A stretch of 64,000 nt of DNA from the human T2T-CHM13v2.0 reference genome, Homo sapiens (GCF_009914755.1 NC_060936.1), one strand, 5' to 3'; positions 1-17,301 are shown, numbered from the stretch's first letter. Translations and numbers: made by a program. Notes: generated from the sequence alone by a model not told the origin.

Positions 1-100
1 CTTTTAGTTTCCTCATCTGCAAAATGGCAATCATATTACTAACCACACAGGTCATGAGAGTTATGTAAAAGAATGCCTATATAATACTTAACCTTTGCAG
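1..100 (+). mobile_element. MIR
   Basis: AGTTTCCTCATCTGCAAAATGG core. Confidence 0.7.
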
Positions 101-1454
101 AAAATTATAAAACACTAGTGTTCTTCAGAGTTACCCTCTACTTGTTTTCACTATCTTTGGGTAGTGGGTCGTGTGAATTTTAAGTGGGGACAGTAGAGAT
201 AGTAACACTTATTGAATGCCTTCAATGCTCAATCTACCCTCTATAAGTTTTGAGTCTTACAAGGATGTGACCTGTGACATAAAATGTAAAACAAAATGCT
301 ACCTTAGAGATTCTCAATTAGGAGCAGGAGGACATTTGCCCCTTTTCCCCTATTTTGAAGAACAGTGCCTGTCTTGGCCTCCTGGCAAATATAACTGTTT
401 CATCCTTGCTCTTAATCAGTTGCTATTCATGGCAAATGTCCCTTTGTCCACCAGAACTCACTTTATCTCATAGTGTAGAGAGCTCCAGATAACTGTGTTC
501 CTTTATGTCTGATCCTTCTCATCAATGTTTGCTTTTCTTATGTGAGAACATAAAGGTGGAGGGACAAAAGGCTCTTTTCACTATGGTCTGTGTATATCTC
601 GTCCAGAAACCTCATGTTTTCTTTCTCCAAAACATAGATCCGAACTTACTGTTTATGTTTCCAAGTTGGTGTGGTCCTATTTCCTCAGTTCTTTATACCA
701 CTATTTTTCTTTTTCTTATTATAAAACTGTTCCACTCTAAATTTTCATAGGCTAAAGTCAGACCTGCCACTCTAGTGCTGTAACCAGCATAGACATTTTG
801 TAGACCAGTGAATACAGCAAGGAGTTTGTATGGAATAGCAAAAAGAACAGGGCTGCCCGCCCTTCCAATGAGCTGGGCTTAGGAATTAGCTTGTCCTTTG
901 TCATTAAACGGTTGTGGCTTTAGACAAGTCAGTTAACTTCTCAAAATCTCAACTGTATTTCTGAAGTAAGGAGATTGCCCCCAAATTTCCAGTGCTTATA
1001 TCAGCTCTAAAAGTTCAAAATTTCACACTCACTCAATATAAAACTTCAGGGCACTTTTTTTGTTGCATCATATGCTTAGAAAAATAACTTTAAGGATAAT
1101 CATCTTCCTTCCTTCACCTTTCTGCCATAGGAATTTTATATATCAGTAGTTATAGCTATTCAGTTCATTGTGAATTTTTGCCTGCAGAGTCCTAGCACAG
1201 AAACTTAGAGATTGGTCATAAGAGTCTTTAAAGAAGAAAATGGTATGGGCACTTCTGGCATTCACAGTTATCATCAAAATCATCATTACTATTGACACCT
1301 CATTTTCAATTTATTCCTTCATAGTTCTTTAAGGTTGAAAAATAAAATATTTAATATGCTCCATCCCTCATTGTGGACAGTTGCAATATTGTAGGACCAG
1401 ATTCACCAGTCTACATATGGGTAATGGCATGTCTGGTTAATAGTCAACTTGACT

Positions 1455-1720
1455 TTCTTTTTTTAAAAAAACGAGATCTCGTTCTATTATCCAAGTGCAG
1501 TGGCACTGTCATAAGTTACTTCACCCTCAAACTCCTAGGCTCAAGTAACACTCCCACTTCAGCATCCCAATATATCTAGGCCTACAGCCCCACACCACCA
1601 CACCTGGCTAATTTTTTTTTTTTTTTGAGACAGGGTCTCACTATATTGCCCAGGCTTGCTGGTCCTAAACTCCTGGTCTCAAGCAATCCTCCTGCCTTAG
1701 TCTGTCAAAGTGCTGGGATC
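1455..1720 (-). mobile_element. AluJ-type SINE, diverged
   Basis: Reverse Alu motifs: GAGACAGGGTCTCAC, CTCAAGCAATCCTCCTGCC, CAAAGTGCTGGGAT. Confidence 0.85.
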
Positions 1721-1789
1721 GACTGGACTTTTAACTTTTCTAAAATAAGATGCTATTGCATATTTCTTCCATAGTTATAAGTTTACTTG

Positions 1790-2170
1790 TTTTAACCAGT
1801 ATTAGTTCAAACTCTTACAGTACTTGATTCAGATGTAAAACATACTGAGCCTCTGCCATGTTCCAGCCATCATGCTGAAAGTCACCAGGGATCCAATGAT
1901 GAACAAAAGAACATGCCTCCTACCTTACAATCTAATGGGGTAGACCAATGCTAATCAGACGTCAGATGTAATACAAATAATGTAGTATTTTAACTGTGAT
2001 GAGAAGCCAGATGGAAGGTTTATAGGAGAAGGACAATTTGACCTGTCAGTAAAAAGTTCACTTACCTGCAGAATGGCAACTGAACTGGGGTCTACAGGAG
2101 AGATGCACATTCTTTAGACTAAGAAGGAAAGGAGGTGTTAAGTGGAAACAACAGTGTGTAAAAATGAGCT
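1790..2170 (-). mobile_element. L2 fragment
   Basis: AAACATACTGAGC..TGTTCCAGCC..CTTACAATCTAATGGG L2 3'-end pattern. Confidence 0.55.
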
Positions 2171-3906
2171 TCCTTCACAACATCTTTTCTCAAGATTAGA
2201 TTCTTGATACTTTCAAAAAGTTTAGCTGATTGGGCAGAATCCGTACTGAAACAAGAACATCCTCTAAAAATTTTGCAAGCTAATTTTTAATTTAATCAGT
2301 TTGTTTTGTTTTTATTTGCTGAGAGGAGCAAAAATCCCAGTAAGTTGATTATGCTCCTTCATCAAAGCTTTAGAGGATCTCTATTCTAACATCAGAATAT
2401 GTCACCAAACAAGTGTTTTGGAAAAGCTATATAGAAGAAAAATAATATATGAAATGTAGTGAGTGTACTTGCTATCTGAATTTATCCTATTGTGAATTCT
2501 TTTGTCAAAATGAAAATCCTTTTCATAGACAGGAATTGCTACCTGGTTTATTATTTGTATAATTACAGGTCTTCATATATTACAATTAACTTAAATAGTG
2601 GTTATACCTGAATATAGACAAGAACTTTTTATCCTTCTTTTCAACTAAGCTTTTCTAAAATCACACTGAAAATACCACTATTCCTTGCTATTTAGAGAAT
2701 TTAATACATGCCAACTCAGTTCAGTCCATCATGAGATAAATGTTTGACTTAATGACCTACTTGAGGGACTAACTAATCTGGTTGTATTTTTAATTTAGTT
2801 TTTATATAGCAGGGACTTTAATTGCTTCTACAGCTAATATAACTCCAGTGAGTGCATATTTCTATTCATTTTCTTATAGTCACATTTAGTTTCTAATCTA
2901 AATGCATTAACGACTTTATATTCTAATTTAAAATGCAGAAATAATCATACACTTGTATTCCTTTTCCTAACACTTTGGTCTTTTTCATGACATTTTACTT
3001 TTTTAAAAAATTATATTACTAGCCATGCATAGAGGCACATAGTCAATAGTTATTTTTTCAAAGTATCTTAATTTTTACATAAGTATGCTTTTTTGAAGGT
3101 GATGTGATTTAATTTTTTTCTTTGCAGTATAATTGGATCTCCCCCATTACTGCCAATAGTAATTTTCTTATTGTGCTAGTATTGTTTGCCTAAAATTATA
3201 CTGCTTTCAGACACTTCTGTGTCTTCTATCAAAAGATATATGCCTATTGATTAGTTGTAGAATAGCTCTATTTTAATAGCCCAACTGTTTATTACAGTAC
3301 AAGTGCTCAGTGAATATAGATTCACATGGGCAACTAAGAACAACGCTTATTAAACTTATAATAATAAGCATTATTATTTGCTAAACTGGAATTTTGTTGG
3401 CTGAGTAGCCAAAAAAATTTGCAGATTCCAAAATATTTGTACTAAGACACAGTGAGTATGTTATACTGACAGATTGCGTATAAAACTCATTGCAATCATT
3501 GCCAACCACTACAAAGAAGAGATTTCCTTCACATTTTCCTAATGTAATATAAGCATTCATATTATCAGTAAGGGGAGTCCTTCAACAACACTAATATTTC
3601 CTTTTTGTTTACTTTTTCCCCTTGTGATTAAGGCTTAAGACTGATTCTATACATATAATTCACTCTATTTCAAAATAAAAATGAAAATAATTTATGTTAG
3701 TCTTCTAATGATACTGTGGTAACAATTTAACATTGTGAAAAATATGGTAAAATATGGAAGCATCAATATTGTTTCATTTTATGTATATATAATGAATATA
3801 TATATATACATATATATAAAGTATTTGAAAAGTAGGAAAATTAGAACTTTCATCGTTCAGAAATTCTTGGCAGTAACAGCAAAATTAAAGCACACCCACA
3901 TACATC

Positions 3907-4317
3907 TGTGGGTTGAATAGTGGCCTCCAAAAGATGCCTTCAAATCCTAATCCCCACATGTAAATGTGATTTTATTTAGAAGTAGGATTGTTGCAGATGT
4001 AAAAAGTTACGGATCTCAGTATGAGATCATCCTAGATTTAGCGAAATCTCTAAATCTGGTGATGAGTGTCCCTATAGGGGAAAAGTAGTCAGAGAGAGAT
4101 ACCGGGAGTAAGTCATGTAAAGACAGAGGAGCGCCAAGAATTGCTGGAGCCATTAGAAGCTGGAGAGAGGCATGGGTATATTTTCCCTTAGAGTCTTCAG
4201 GATAAACCCACCATGGTTTTGAACTTCTGCTCTCAGACCAGCGAGAGAATAAATTTCTGTGATTTCAAGCCACCAAGTTTATGGTAATTTATTTGGCAGC
4301 TCTAGAAAACTAATGCA
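3907..4317 (+). mobile_element. MaLR LTR (MLT1-type)
   Basis: TGTGGGTTGAATAG start, AATAAATTTCTG...AAGCCACCAAGTTTATGGTAATT...AAACTAATGCA end. Confidence 0.8.
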
Positions 4318-7300
4318 CACACCTTCAGTCTCTGCCTTATATTCAAGCCTTGATGTATAATCAGTAGTTTTGATTTTTTTCCTTTGTTTGATGGAATATC
4401 AGGGAGGTATTGCAAATTAAATTTTTCACTTTAACAAACTTCATCCTTATTTTTACTTAAGATTTACATTAAGAAAAGGAGGAATAAAAATACTGAGGAT
4501 GCAGTTTCTTCTTGTTGCTCACAAAATTAAGATAAAATTATAATCATCAGCCATTATAATATTATTTTTAACTGTATAGGGAAAAAATCATGGGAGTGAT
4601 CCATTCAATGAAATAGAATAATATATGGAAATTTCCCTAAAATTCATAGCAAAAAAAAAAAAAACCTACCCATACTTATTTTTCAGGATCTCTTTACTTC
4701 TAACTATTAGAGTTCCTTCATTTTTTTCTTTCTAATGACTTGAGATTCCACTTATAATTATGAAATCAAATAGAAAAAAATAAAGTGACTTATATTTAAT
4801 TTTCATATATAAATAAACCTTATTTTATCCTATTTAATAGGATATTATATTTAATTTTCATATATAAATATTATTTCATCCTGAGATATACAGAGCAGGC
4901 ATTCAACATGTACTGTTTACTCATTTTCTTCAGACATATGTAATACCATAACCAATTACATGTATATATGCATGTATACACCTTAAATATTTCAATTTTT
5001 CACAAAATAATAAACCATGTCAACTCTTTTAAAATCTATTTCTCAGGTATACCATCTCACAATGCAAAATGCCCCTTTTTGCCTAATTTGTAACTTTTTC
5101 ATTCAATTATGCCATCCTCCTTTTTGCCAGAAGCTAGGTTATTTTGTTTTGTTTTCAATAATTTTCTGTTACTTCATAAAATAGGACTAGATTCTTAACT
5201 ATTTAAGTGAGTATCCTTTGTCAAATTTAATTATATCAGTATTCCTTAAAATACACATATATATGAAATTCATAATGCATTTCACTGCTTTTCACGTAAA
5301 AAGAAAACAGGAAGCTCAAAATACATTTCAGCAAAATCATAGAACATCTCGGCTTGGATGTGAATAAGAAAATTTCTCTTTTTAAAAAGTACAGCATTTT
5401 TTAATATGATGAATCAATTAAATACAACTGTCAATTAAAGGCCTAGAGAATTGTATTTTGAGCAATACACATAAACACGCACACAAGTAGCAAAATTTGT
5501 TTTGGCCAAAATAAAATCCATTTTTGGTTGGGAAACTTTTAATTGAGAAAAATGTATTATTGTTCTTCTACTCAAGACAGCTTTATGGTTATGCCAAAAA
5601 ACTCAACAAAATGGCAATAATCAATTCTTCCCAGTCTGAGGAATCAGCCTTGTTAATCTCAGTGTCCTTGACAGTTCATTAGAGATTAAGGTAAACCACA
5701 TTTGCACTGATTCCTCACATTTTTGGAAGTAGTACGTTGATGGATAAGATAAATCTGTGTAATTTTTCAACATTTCTGTGAAGAATACAAAAGATGATGA
5801 CAATTGCTATAAATCATCCTGAGCAACAAATGTTATTTGTCGAGATGTAGCCTAATATAATCCAGTGGGGCTTTCATAGACACTCAGACCTGGGTCGTGA
5901 TTTGAATGAGGACAGTGCTTGTGTATTTGCTATGGTAACTAATGTTTCATTCTTATAATTTATCTTTCATCTTAAGAAGTTAAGCTAAAGTGCTAATTCC
6001 CAATTACTGTGATTCAGACAACACCATTAATTTTTGTTTCTATAGTTAGGCTTTATATGATAGCAGGTACTTAGATTTACAGTGCCCTGACCAGAGCTGA
6101 GTGAAGAAGCAGTTTAAATATTCATAGTCAGGATGGAGCAGATGAGTTGAAAAGCCAAGGATAAGAGGCAGGCGATTATCAGGATACAATTTCTCATCTT
6201 TAACAAACACTGGAGTCTATAAATAGGGCAATTTATCAGCCATTTCACAACTTCTACTACAATTGTATACCTCTTAAGTATTAAATTATGTTATGCTCTT
6301 AGAGCTATTTATATTGGCAGCCTGCTGTTCAGTGTTTTAGACTGAGTCATCATAGATATCTTAATTTTTCTACCTATAAAGCATTTTTTAACTCTTTTAG
6401 GTATAATTGGTGCTGGATATATTGCAAGAAAATCATAAGGGTTCTTAAATACCCAGCATTTAGGCTTTTCAGTAGGATGTGTTTAACATTGGACCAAAAA
6501 AAAAAAAAAAACTAGACAAGTCACGAATTTTCCTCTATTTGCTTTTTTTCTTTACCTTTTTGTAGGTCTTTATCATTCTTGCCTTTGTCATTCACAATGA
6601 ATTTTTTGGCCTCTGTGCATTTCTCACTTGTGTTGTTTCTGTCTTTTTACTTTTCCTTTGATGTCTCCTTTTTGACCTTTTCTTTTTAATGTTATCTGGG
6701 CCACTCAGTTTCTTATGTTTTTGTGCTTTGGCAATTATATTTTATAAAGTGATCTTATAGCCCAGCTACTTAACGTTCATCATCCCTCTTTCTGACTATC
6801 CAATTTTATTTCTGCAGAATTAATAGCAATTTTATATATGGAACTTAAACCTTTAAAAAGTAATTTCATATATATTACTTAAACTTAGATCAAGTGAGTG
6901 TCCCTTTCAAAGTACATTTACCTTAATTTTAAAAGCCACTTGAAAGGAGTGCAGTTACTTTAAAGAGTAATCTTTTGATAGATTTAGGCTGTTAAGAGTT
7001 AAGATCCCTTGTCCCCCACCAGCAAGTCTCTTTCTTTTCATATAGAAAGAGCTGCATATGCCTCTTTGCAAACATGCAAAATTAAAATATTAAGAAGTAC
7101 TGAATATCATTTTAGAACATATTCAGATAATTTTAAATACATTTATTCTGTTCTCCACCAGGTTTCTCCAATGCTATTCTTTTGAATTTCACAGGGCCAT
7201 TGCAGACTGTTTTTTGGACTACCTTTTCCTTTGTTTCGAGATTTTCCTATTTCTTTTGGTTATACTTAAGGTTCAGTGGGAATGCAAATGCTGTTTAGGC

Positions 7301-7834
7301 ACAAGTGAGAAAGCTCCCTAGAAACAGAACCACCCTAGCTTCAGCATGAAAGGTGCCTAGCAAACAGCATTGCTTCCTAGTGATCTTTCCACCCATCACT
7401 GACTATGCGTTTCACTTGGGATTCTGTATCCTCTTTGCTAGGGGGCATTGTAGAGATTTCTAGAAACCATATTCTTCCTGGTTGCCAGGGTTTTTATGAA
7501 TTTAGTGGTACTATATTTGATTGACAAGTATACTAGTAAAGTTAGGTGGGATTATAAAAGTGTATTTTATTATAATGCTTTAAACTTGAGACATATTATC
7601 AATCATGTTTTTCAATAAATTACTCATTCACTTTCAGTGAGATTCTTATTTTTACTACTGCTTTTTAAAAATTCCATTACTCATTTGGGAAAGATGGTTG
7701 TTATTCCATTTCAATAATAATAAAAATAATGAGGAGGAGGAGTGTCATTATCAAATATTGAGAACAATTTGCTATTTTCCCAGAACTGGGCAGTGCACAT
7801 TGTGGAGATAAAGCCCCTGCCAAACCCTTTATAT

Positions 7835-7960
7835 ACACTAGGCCCTGTGCTAAGCACTGGACAGACATCTCATTTAATCATTGTAACAGCCCTGTAAGGA
7901 ATTATTATCCCCATTTTCCAGAAGGGGAAACTGACACATAGGCACAAAAAGTTGCCCATT
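7835..7960 (-). mobile_element. MIR
   Basis: CTGTGCTAAGCAC...TCATTTAATC...ATTATCCCCATTTTCCAGA..GGAAACTGA. Confidence 0.75.
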
Positions 7961-8170
7961 CCTTCTAAACAGCATTAGGTTCTATTCACAGTGGCTTCAT
8001 TAGCAGCAGACAAGAGGCTAAAGAATGAGAATAGAAAGAAATGAGAATAGAGGACACTATGAACAAGGTCAAACTTTGTAAATGCAGGTTATTTTTCAGT
8101 TTGCTATTTCAAAGTCATGAATTTCCTATCCCCATAGAGGTAAGGGTGTAAGCATTTGTAAGGCAGAACA

Positions 8171-8187
8171 AGATTTGGAATATTTTC
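8171..8187 (+). repeat. Target-site duplication, left copy: AGATTTGGAATATTTTC
   Basis: Identical 17-mer at 14515-14531. Adjacent to the T14 tail at 8188-8201. Confidence 0.93.
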
Positions 8188-8482
8188 TTTTTTTTTTTTT
8201 TAACCAATGCATGAGTTTTAATTGGATGCTAGTTTCAGAGGGAAAACATCTTTTTTTTTAATTGTTAATTTATTATTATTATACTTTAAGTTTTAGGGTA
8301 CATGTGCACAATGTGCACGTTACTTACATATGTATACATGTGCCATGCTGGTACGCTGCAACCACTAACTCGTCATCTAGCATTAGGTATATCTCCCAGT
8401 GCTATCCCTCCCCCCTCCCCCCAACCCACAACAGTCCCCAGAGTGTGATGTTCCCCCTCCTGTGTCCATGTGTTCTCATTGT

Positions 8483-12333
<3,851 letters not shown>

Positions 12334-12372
12334 TTATTAGTTGATGCAGTTTCTTCCTAGTCTCGATGGTCT

Positions 12373-13386
12373 TTACATTTTGGCATGATTTTGCAGCGGC
12401 TGGTACCGGTCGTTCCATTCCATGTTTAGTGCTTCCTTCAGGAGCTCTTTTAGGGCAGGCCTGGTGGTGACAAAATCTCTCAGCATTTGCTTGTCTGTAA
12501 AGTATTTTATTTCTCCTTCACTTATGAAGCTTAGTTTGGCTAGATATGAAATTCTGGGTTGAAAATTCTTTTCTTTAAGAATGTTGAATATTGGCCCCCT
12601 CTCTCTTCTGGCTTGTAGGGTTTCTGCTGAGAGATCTGCTGTTAATCTGATGGGCTTCCCTTTGAGGGTAACCCGACCTTCCTCTCTGGCTGCCCTTAAC
12701 ATTTTTTCCTTCATTTCAACTTTGGTGAATCTGACAATTATGTGTCTTGGAGTTGCTCTTCTCGAGGAGTATCTTTGTGGCATTCTCTGTATTTCCTGAA
12801 TCTGAATGTTGGCCTGCCTTGCTAGATTGGGGAAGTTCTCCTGGATAATATCCTGCAGAGTGTTTTCCAACTTGGTTCCATTCTCCCCATCACTTTCAGG
12901 TACACCAATCAGACGTAGATTTGGTCTTTTCACATAGTCCCATATTTCTTGGAGGCTTTGCTCATTTCTTTTTATTCTTTTTTCTCTAAACTTCCTTTCT
13001 CGCTTCATTTCATTCATTTCATCTTCCATCGCTGATACCCTTTCTTCCAGTTGATTGCATCGGCTCCTGAGGCTTCTGCATTCTTCACGTAGTTCTCGAG
13101 CCTTGGTTTTCAGCTCCATCAGCTCCTTTAAGCACTTCTCTGTATTGGTTATTCTAGTTATACATTCTTCTAAACTTTTTTCAAAGTTTTAAACTTCTTT
13201 GCCTTTGGTTTGAATGTCCTCCCGTAGCTCGGAGTAATTTGATCATCTGAAGCCTTCTCTCAGCTCATCAAAGTCATTCTCCGTCCAGCTTTGTTCCGTT
13301 GCTGGTGAGGAACTGCGTTCCTTTGGAGGAGGAGAGGCGCTCTGCTTTTTAGAGTTTCCAGTTTTTCTGCTCTGTTTTTTCCCCAT
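12373..13386 (-). pseudogene. L1 ORF1p, inactivated
   Basis: ATG GGG AAA AAA CAG at 13386, in-frame TAA at 13189-13191 (codon 66). The remaining 248 aa appear in the ORF track. Confidence 0.9.
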
Positions 13387-14282
13387 CTTTGTGGTTTTAT
13401 CTACTTTTGGTCTTTGATGATGGTGATGTACAGATGGGTTTTTGGTATGGATGTCCTTTCTGTTTGTTAGTTTTCCTTCTAACAGACAGGACCCTCAGCT
13501 GCAGGTCTGTTGGAGTACCCGGCCGTGTGAGGTGTCAGTCTGCCCCTGCTAGGGGGTGCCTCCCAGTTAGGCTGCTCGGGGGGTCAGCAGTCAGGGACCC
13601 ACTTGAGGAGGCAGTCTGCCCGTTCTCAGATCTCCAGCTGCGTGCTGGGAGAACCACTGCTCTCTTCAAAGCTGTCAGACAGGGACACTTAAGTCTGTAG
13701 AGGTTACTGCTGTCTTTTTGTTTGTCTGTGCCCTGCCCCCAGAGGTGGAGCCTACAGAGGCAGGCAGGCCTCCTTGAGCTGTGGTGGGCTCCACCCAGTT
13801 CCAGCTTCCCTGCTGCTTTGTTTACCTAAGCAAGCCTGGGCAATGGTGGACGCCCCTCCCCCAGCCTCGCTGCCGCCTTGCAGTTTGATCTCAGACTGCT
13901 GTGCTAGCAATCAGCGAGACTCCGTGGGCGTAGGACCCTCCGAGCCAGGTGCGGGACACAATCTCCTGGTGTGCTGTTTTTTAAGCCCGTCGGAAAAGCA
14001 CAGTATTCGGGTGGGAGTGACCCGATCTTCCAGGTGCCGTCTGTCACCCCTTTCTTTGACAAGGAAAGGGAACTCCCTGACCCCCTGCGCTTCCCGAGTG
14101 AGGCAATGCCTCGCCCTGCTTTGGCTCGTGCACGGTGCGTGCACCCACTGACCTGCGCCCACTGTCTGGCACTTCCTAGTGAGATGAACCCGGTACCTCA
14201 GATGGAAATGCAGAAATCACCCGTCTTCTGCATCGCTCACACTGGGAGCTGTAGACCGGAGCTGTTCCTATTCGGCCATCTT
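13387..14282. promoter_or_regulatory. L1 5' UTR bidirectional promoter (sense on -, antisense promoter on +)
   Basis: CpG-rich L1 5' UTR with YY1 core AAGATGGCCG at about 14273-14282 on the - strand. Promoter function is established for L1PA 5' UTRs generally. Confidence 0.7.
13843..14151 (+). CDS. L1 antisense ORF0, open (102 aa unspliced) with two splice donors
   Basis: GCAATGG start. MVDAPPPASLPPCSLISDCCASNQRDSVGVGPSEPG... matches primate L1 ORF0. Donors CCAG|GTGCGG after 13948 and CCAG|GTGCCG after 14033. Expression at this copy is unknown. Confidence 0.7.
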   Translation: MVDAPPPASLPPCSLISDCCASNQRDSVGVGPSEPGAGHNLLVCCFLSPSEKHSIRVGVTRSSRCRLSPLSLTRKGNSLTPCASRVRQCLALLWLVHGACTH

Positions 14283-14427
14283 CTTCACTTACTTTTTCAA
14301 TCCTTTGTTTCTTTATCAAATTATAGCTTCTTAGCATCAGAAAATTTTTGCCTGAAACAGTGACTTCTTTTTTAGAAATGGAGCTCTGAGTTCGATCTAA
14401 GTCTTAAAGTAATAAGGTTCACGCATC

Positions 14428-14514
14428 AATGCAGAAATCACCCGTCTTCTGCATCGCTCATGCTGGGAGCTGTAGACCGGAGCTGTTCCTATTTGGCCAT
14501 CTTGGCTCCTCTCC
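14428..14514 (-). mobile_element. Second copy of the first ~87 nt of the L1 5' UTR
   Basis: Near-identical to 14207-14282 plus the GGAGAGGAGCC tip. Directly abuts the TSD. Confidence 0.92.
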
Positions 14515-14531
14515 AGATTTGGAATATTTTC
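14515..14531 (+). repeat. Target-site duplication, right copy
   Basis: Identical to 8171-8187. TTTTC/AA context resembles an L1 endonuclease site. Confidence 0.93.
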
Positions 14532-15614
14532 AAGGAAGCCTCCACCAGAGGTTTTAATTTTCAGTTAGAGTAGGCAAACAATCCTTCAAATGAATTAATT
14601 AATTATAAATTAATTGTTAGGCCTCACTCTAAATCAATGGCACGTATACTACCACTGAAAGAATGAGGTGCTCTTAGAGAGGCTAGTGGTTTGAGAAATG
14701 TTTTTCATTGTCTTGGAAAATAATTAAATCCACATTTCAGTGTTAATACAATCACTAATGAAAGAATCTTGTACTCACAGAGCAAGAAGGGACTTTAGGA
14801 CTCATGTGTTTATCCCTGTCCAATTAGGGTAAAAAATGAAGCCCAAAGAAATGACCTTGACTTACCTGGATCTAGAGGCAGTTACTGGTCAAATTAGGTC
14901 TGCCAAAAACTTGCTTAGAAATAGACTTATGTCATAAGTATCAAAATTTGTATTTTAAATATTTTTTTCTTTGGCAAGTATAATTTTCCTCTGTAAGATA
15001 TTTTAAATTTATCTCTACATATTATTCAACAGCATTTTTATATATTGAATGTGTTTTCTTCTAACAGTAACAGAATTTATTTTTACAAATGTAATTATAC
15101 ATTTACTTATTTCCAAACTAATTATAAAAGTTATTAAAGGATTTCCAAAATATATGAGTTTAAGAAAAGAAAGAGTAGTTACCTATAATGACCAAACCCT
15201 GAGGCAGATGTTAAGATCCTCGTCTGTCCTTTCAGTCTATTTTTACTAAGAACGTACACATTATGTTATTTTTGTAAACTTATGCAATGGTATTATACAT
15301 ATTATTCATTAATATATGCATTCTACTTTATCTTTGGTATATTTTATTATATGACTAATTATTAATCTATATCATTGTCAGTTGCTATTTGTATGTTAAC
15401 TTAAACCAGTGCCTTATTGTTGATTTATTAGTTGAGTTCAGATTTTCTACCGCAAAGCAATGAAAACATTCACAGCAAAATCTTTGGAGACTGTCTTATT
15501 TATCTTATTAATTCATTTCACTGTTTTTCATTTAATAACTAAAATACCAATTCACTATGATTTAGTTTCATTCCACTGTTTTTATGAATGAATGACATAT
15601 TTTTCATTCCACAG

Positions 15615-15974
15615 TTTTTATGAATGAACAATATATTTTTCTCCCAAATTTGTATGTTGAAATCCTAACCCCCAATATGATAGTATTAGGAAGTAGGGTC
15701 TTTGGGAGCTAAATCACAGTTTGTGATGCTGAAGCCCTCACAATGTGATTAAAGACCTCATGAAAGAAACCCCAGATTGTTTTTTAGCCCTGTTTCTGCC
15801 ACGTGAGAATGCAAGAAGTCAGCAGTCTACAACCTGGCAGGAGGTCCTCTCAAGAACCTGACCATGCTGTTACCCTAGTCTCAGACATAGCCTCCAGTGC
15901 TGTGAGAAATAAATTTCTATTGTTTATAAGCCTCCCAGTATATGGTACTTTGTCATAGCTGTTCAGACTAAGGC
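15615..15974 (+). mobile_element. MaLR LTR (MLT1A/MSTD-like)
   Basis: TATGTTGAAATCCTAACCCCCAAT...GTGAGAAATAAATTTCTATTGTTTATAAGCC...GACTAAGGCA. Confidence 0.8.
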
Positions 15975-17301
15975 AGCCATCATTATTATTTAACTTGGTG
16001 AAACATTTTTCCTGAAAGATGCATGTCTTTATTTTTCTACCTACTTAATTTTTTCACTTTTACTTCTAAAGCATTTGCTTTGAGTAAGATAACAAAGTTA
16101 AATATATCAGTAAAATATGAAAGTAAATTATTTCACAATGATACACTGAACTTCTATGCTTTCAAAAGTGTTATCGTACAAAGAACTCTGTCACAATCCT
16201 ATTTAAAATGAGAATGGAATAAACTATCAAACAAGTTACTCTAATTAGGTAATAATTTCTGTAATGTCAGTATCCTAAAAAAGATGAAGGTATTTTATTT
16301 TGGCTAAGCATTACCCCGGGATTCATCTTGTATGAGGGTAGCTAGGAGAGGCTAACTCATTGTTCATGTTTATCATGTATACCGTACCTAGAGAAAAACA
16401 AACACAGTTTTCCTTCCCAGATAATAAAATTCTATTAAAGAATTTAATTCTCAAGCAGTGTTTAAAGAGAAATGACTGTGGGAATATTCACATTCTTATA
16501 AACAATTTCCATGTTCACTAGGAGGGGCCCTCTCCTTGTAATCCTAATATCAAGAGTCTCACAGGACTCATTTGTACTGTTCATAACTGTGGGTTCTGTG
16601 GGGTGTTTTTAGCTCACGCTTTACAAACAAATGGGCATTTTCATTTGTTTCTAATGACTTTGGTTTATACAAAGAGATCTTAAACTGTCCCTAGAGCAAT
16701 CATTTTGCTGAAATGTTATTAGAACATCTTTACAAATTTAGCAACAAAAGGGGGTTTCATTAACAATGGAAGTCATTGGGAACTGAAGGCCCCTGGCATA
16801 TCCGGTGCTTACCAATCTTGTTTCATTTATAGGCATGAGTAAAAATGATCTTGTGAACTTTAGATTGATTCATCTGCTGCATGGATAAAAAACATGAGGA
16901 GTTGATGGGGTGAGAAGAGGTGCTATTTGTTCTCTTCTAAGGAGTCATTTAAACCTATGCAATTGTACCTATTAGCAACTGCTAATAGGGCTATTTCTTC
17001 CCTGATATTTTGAGGATTTGTAGCTGAGACTGAGGACTATTTTTCAATGGACCATCAACATGCTTTAAGTTGTATATGTAAATATATGTGTGTTTCATTT
17101 TCATAGTAATGACATTTCATCAAATTTGATATCTCTGCTATGTGACGAACAGCCATTGAGAAGACTGAAACTTGACCAGCAGTTTTTTGTAAAGCACATT
17201 CAAAGTATGCAGTCTTTCTCTTGATTTGAGGCTACAGATACAAATATAGAACCTGCCCTTGTTCTAGGCAGCTTTGCCTTCAGAGACCTTCTTTGCCCTG
17301 T

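Noticed and set aside
1-8170. Possible additional TRHDE coding exons upstream of the L1
   Set aside because: No ORF with M1-peptidase similarity flanked by splice sites was found. The region looks intronic.
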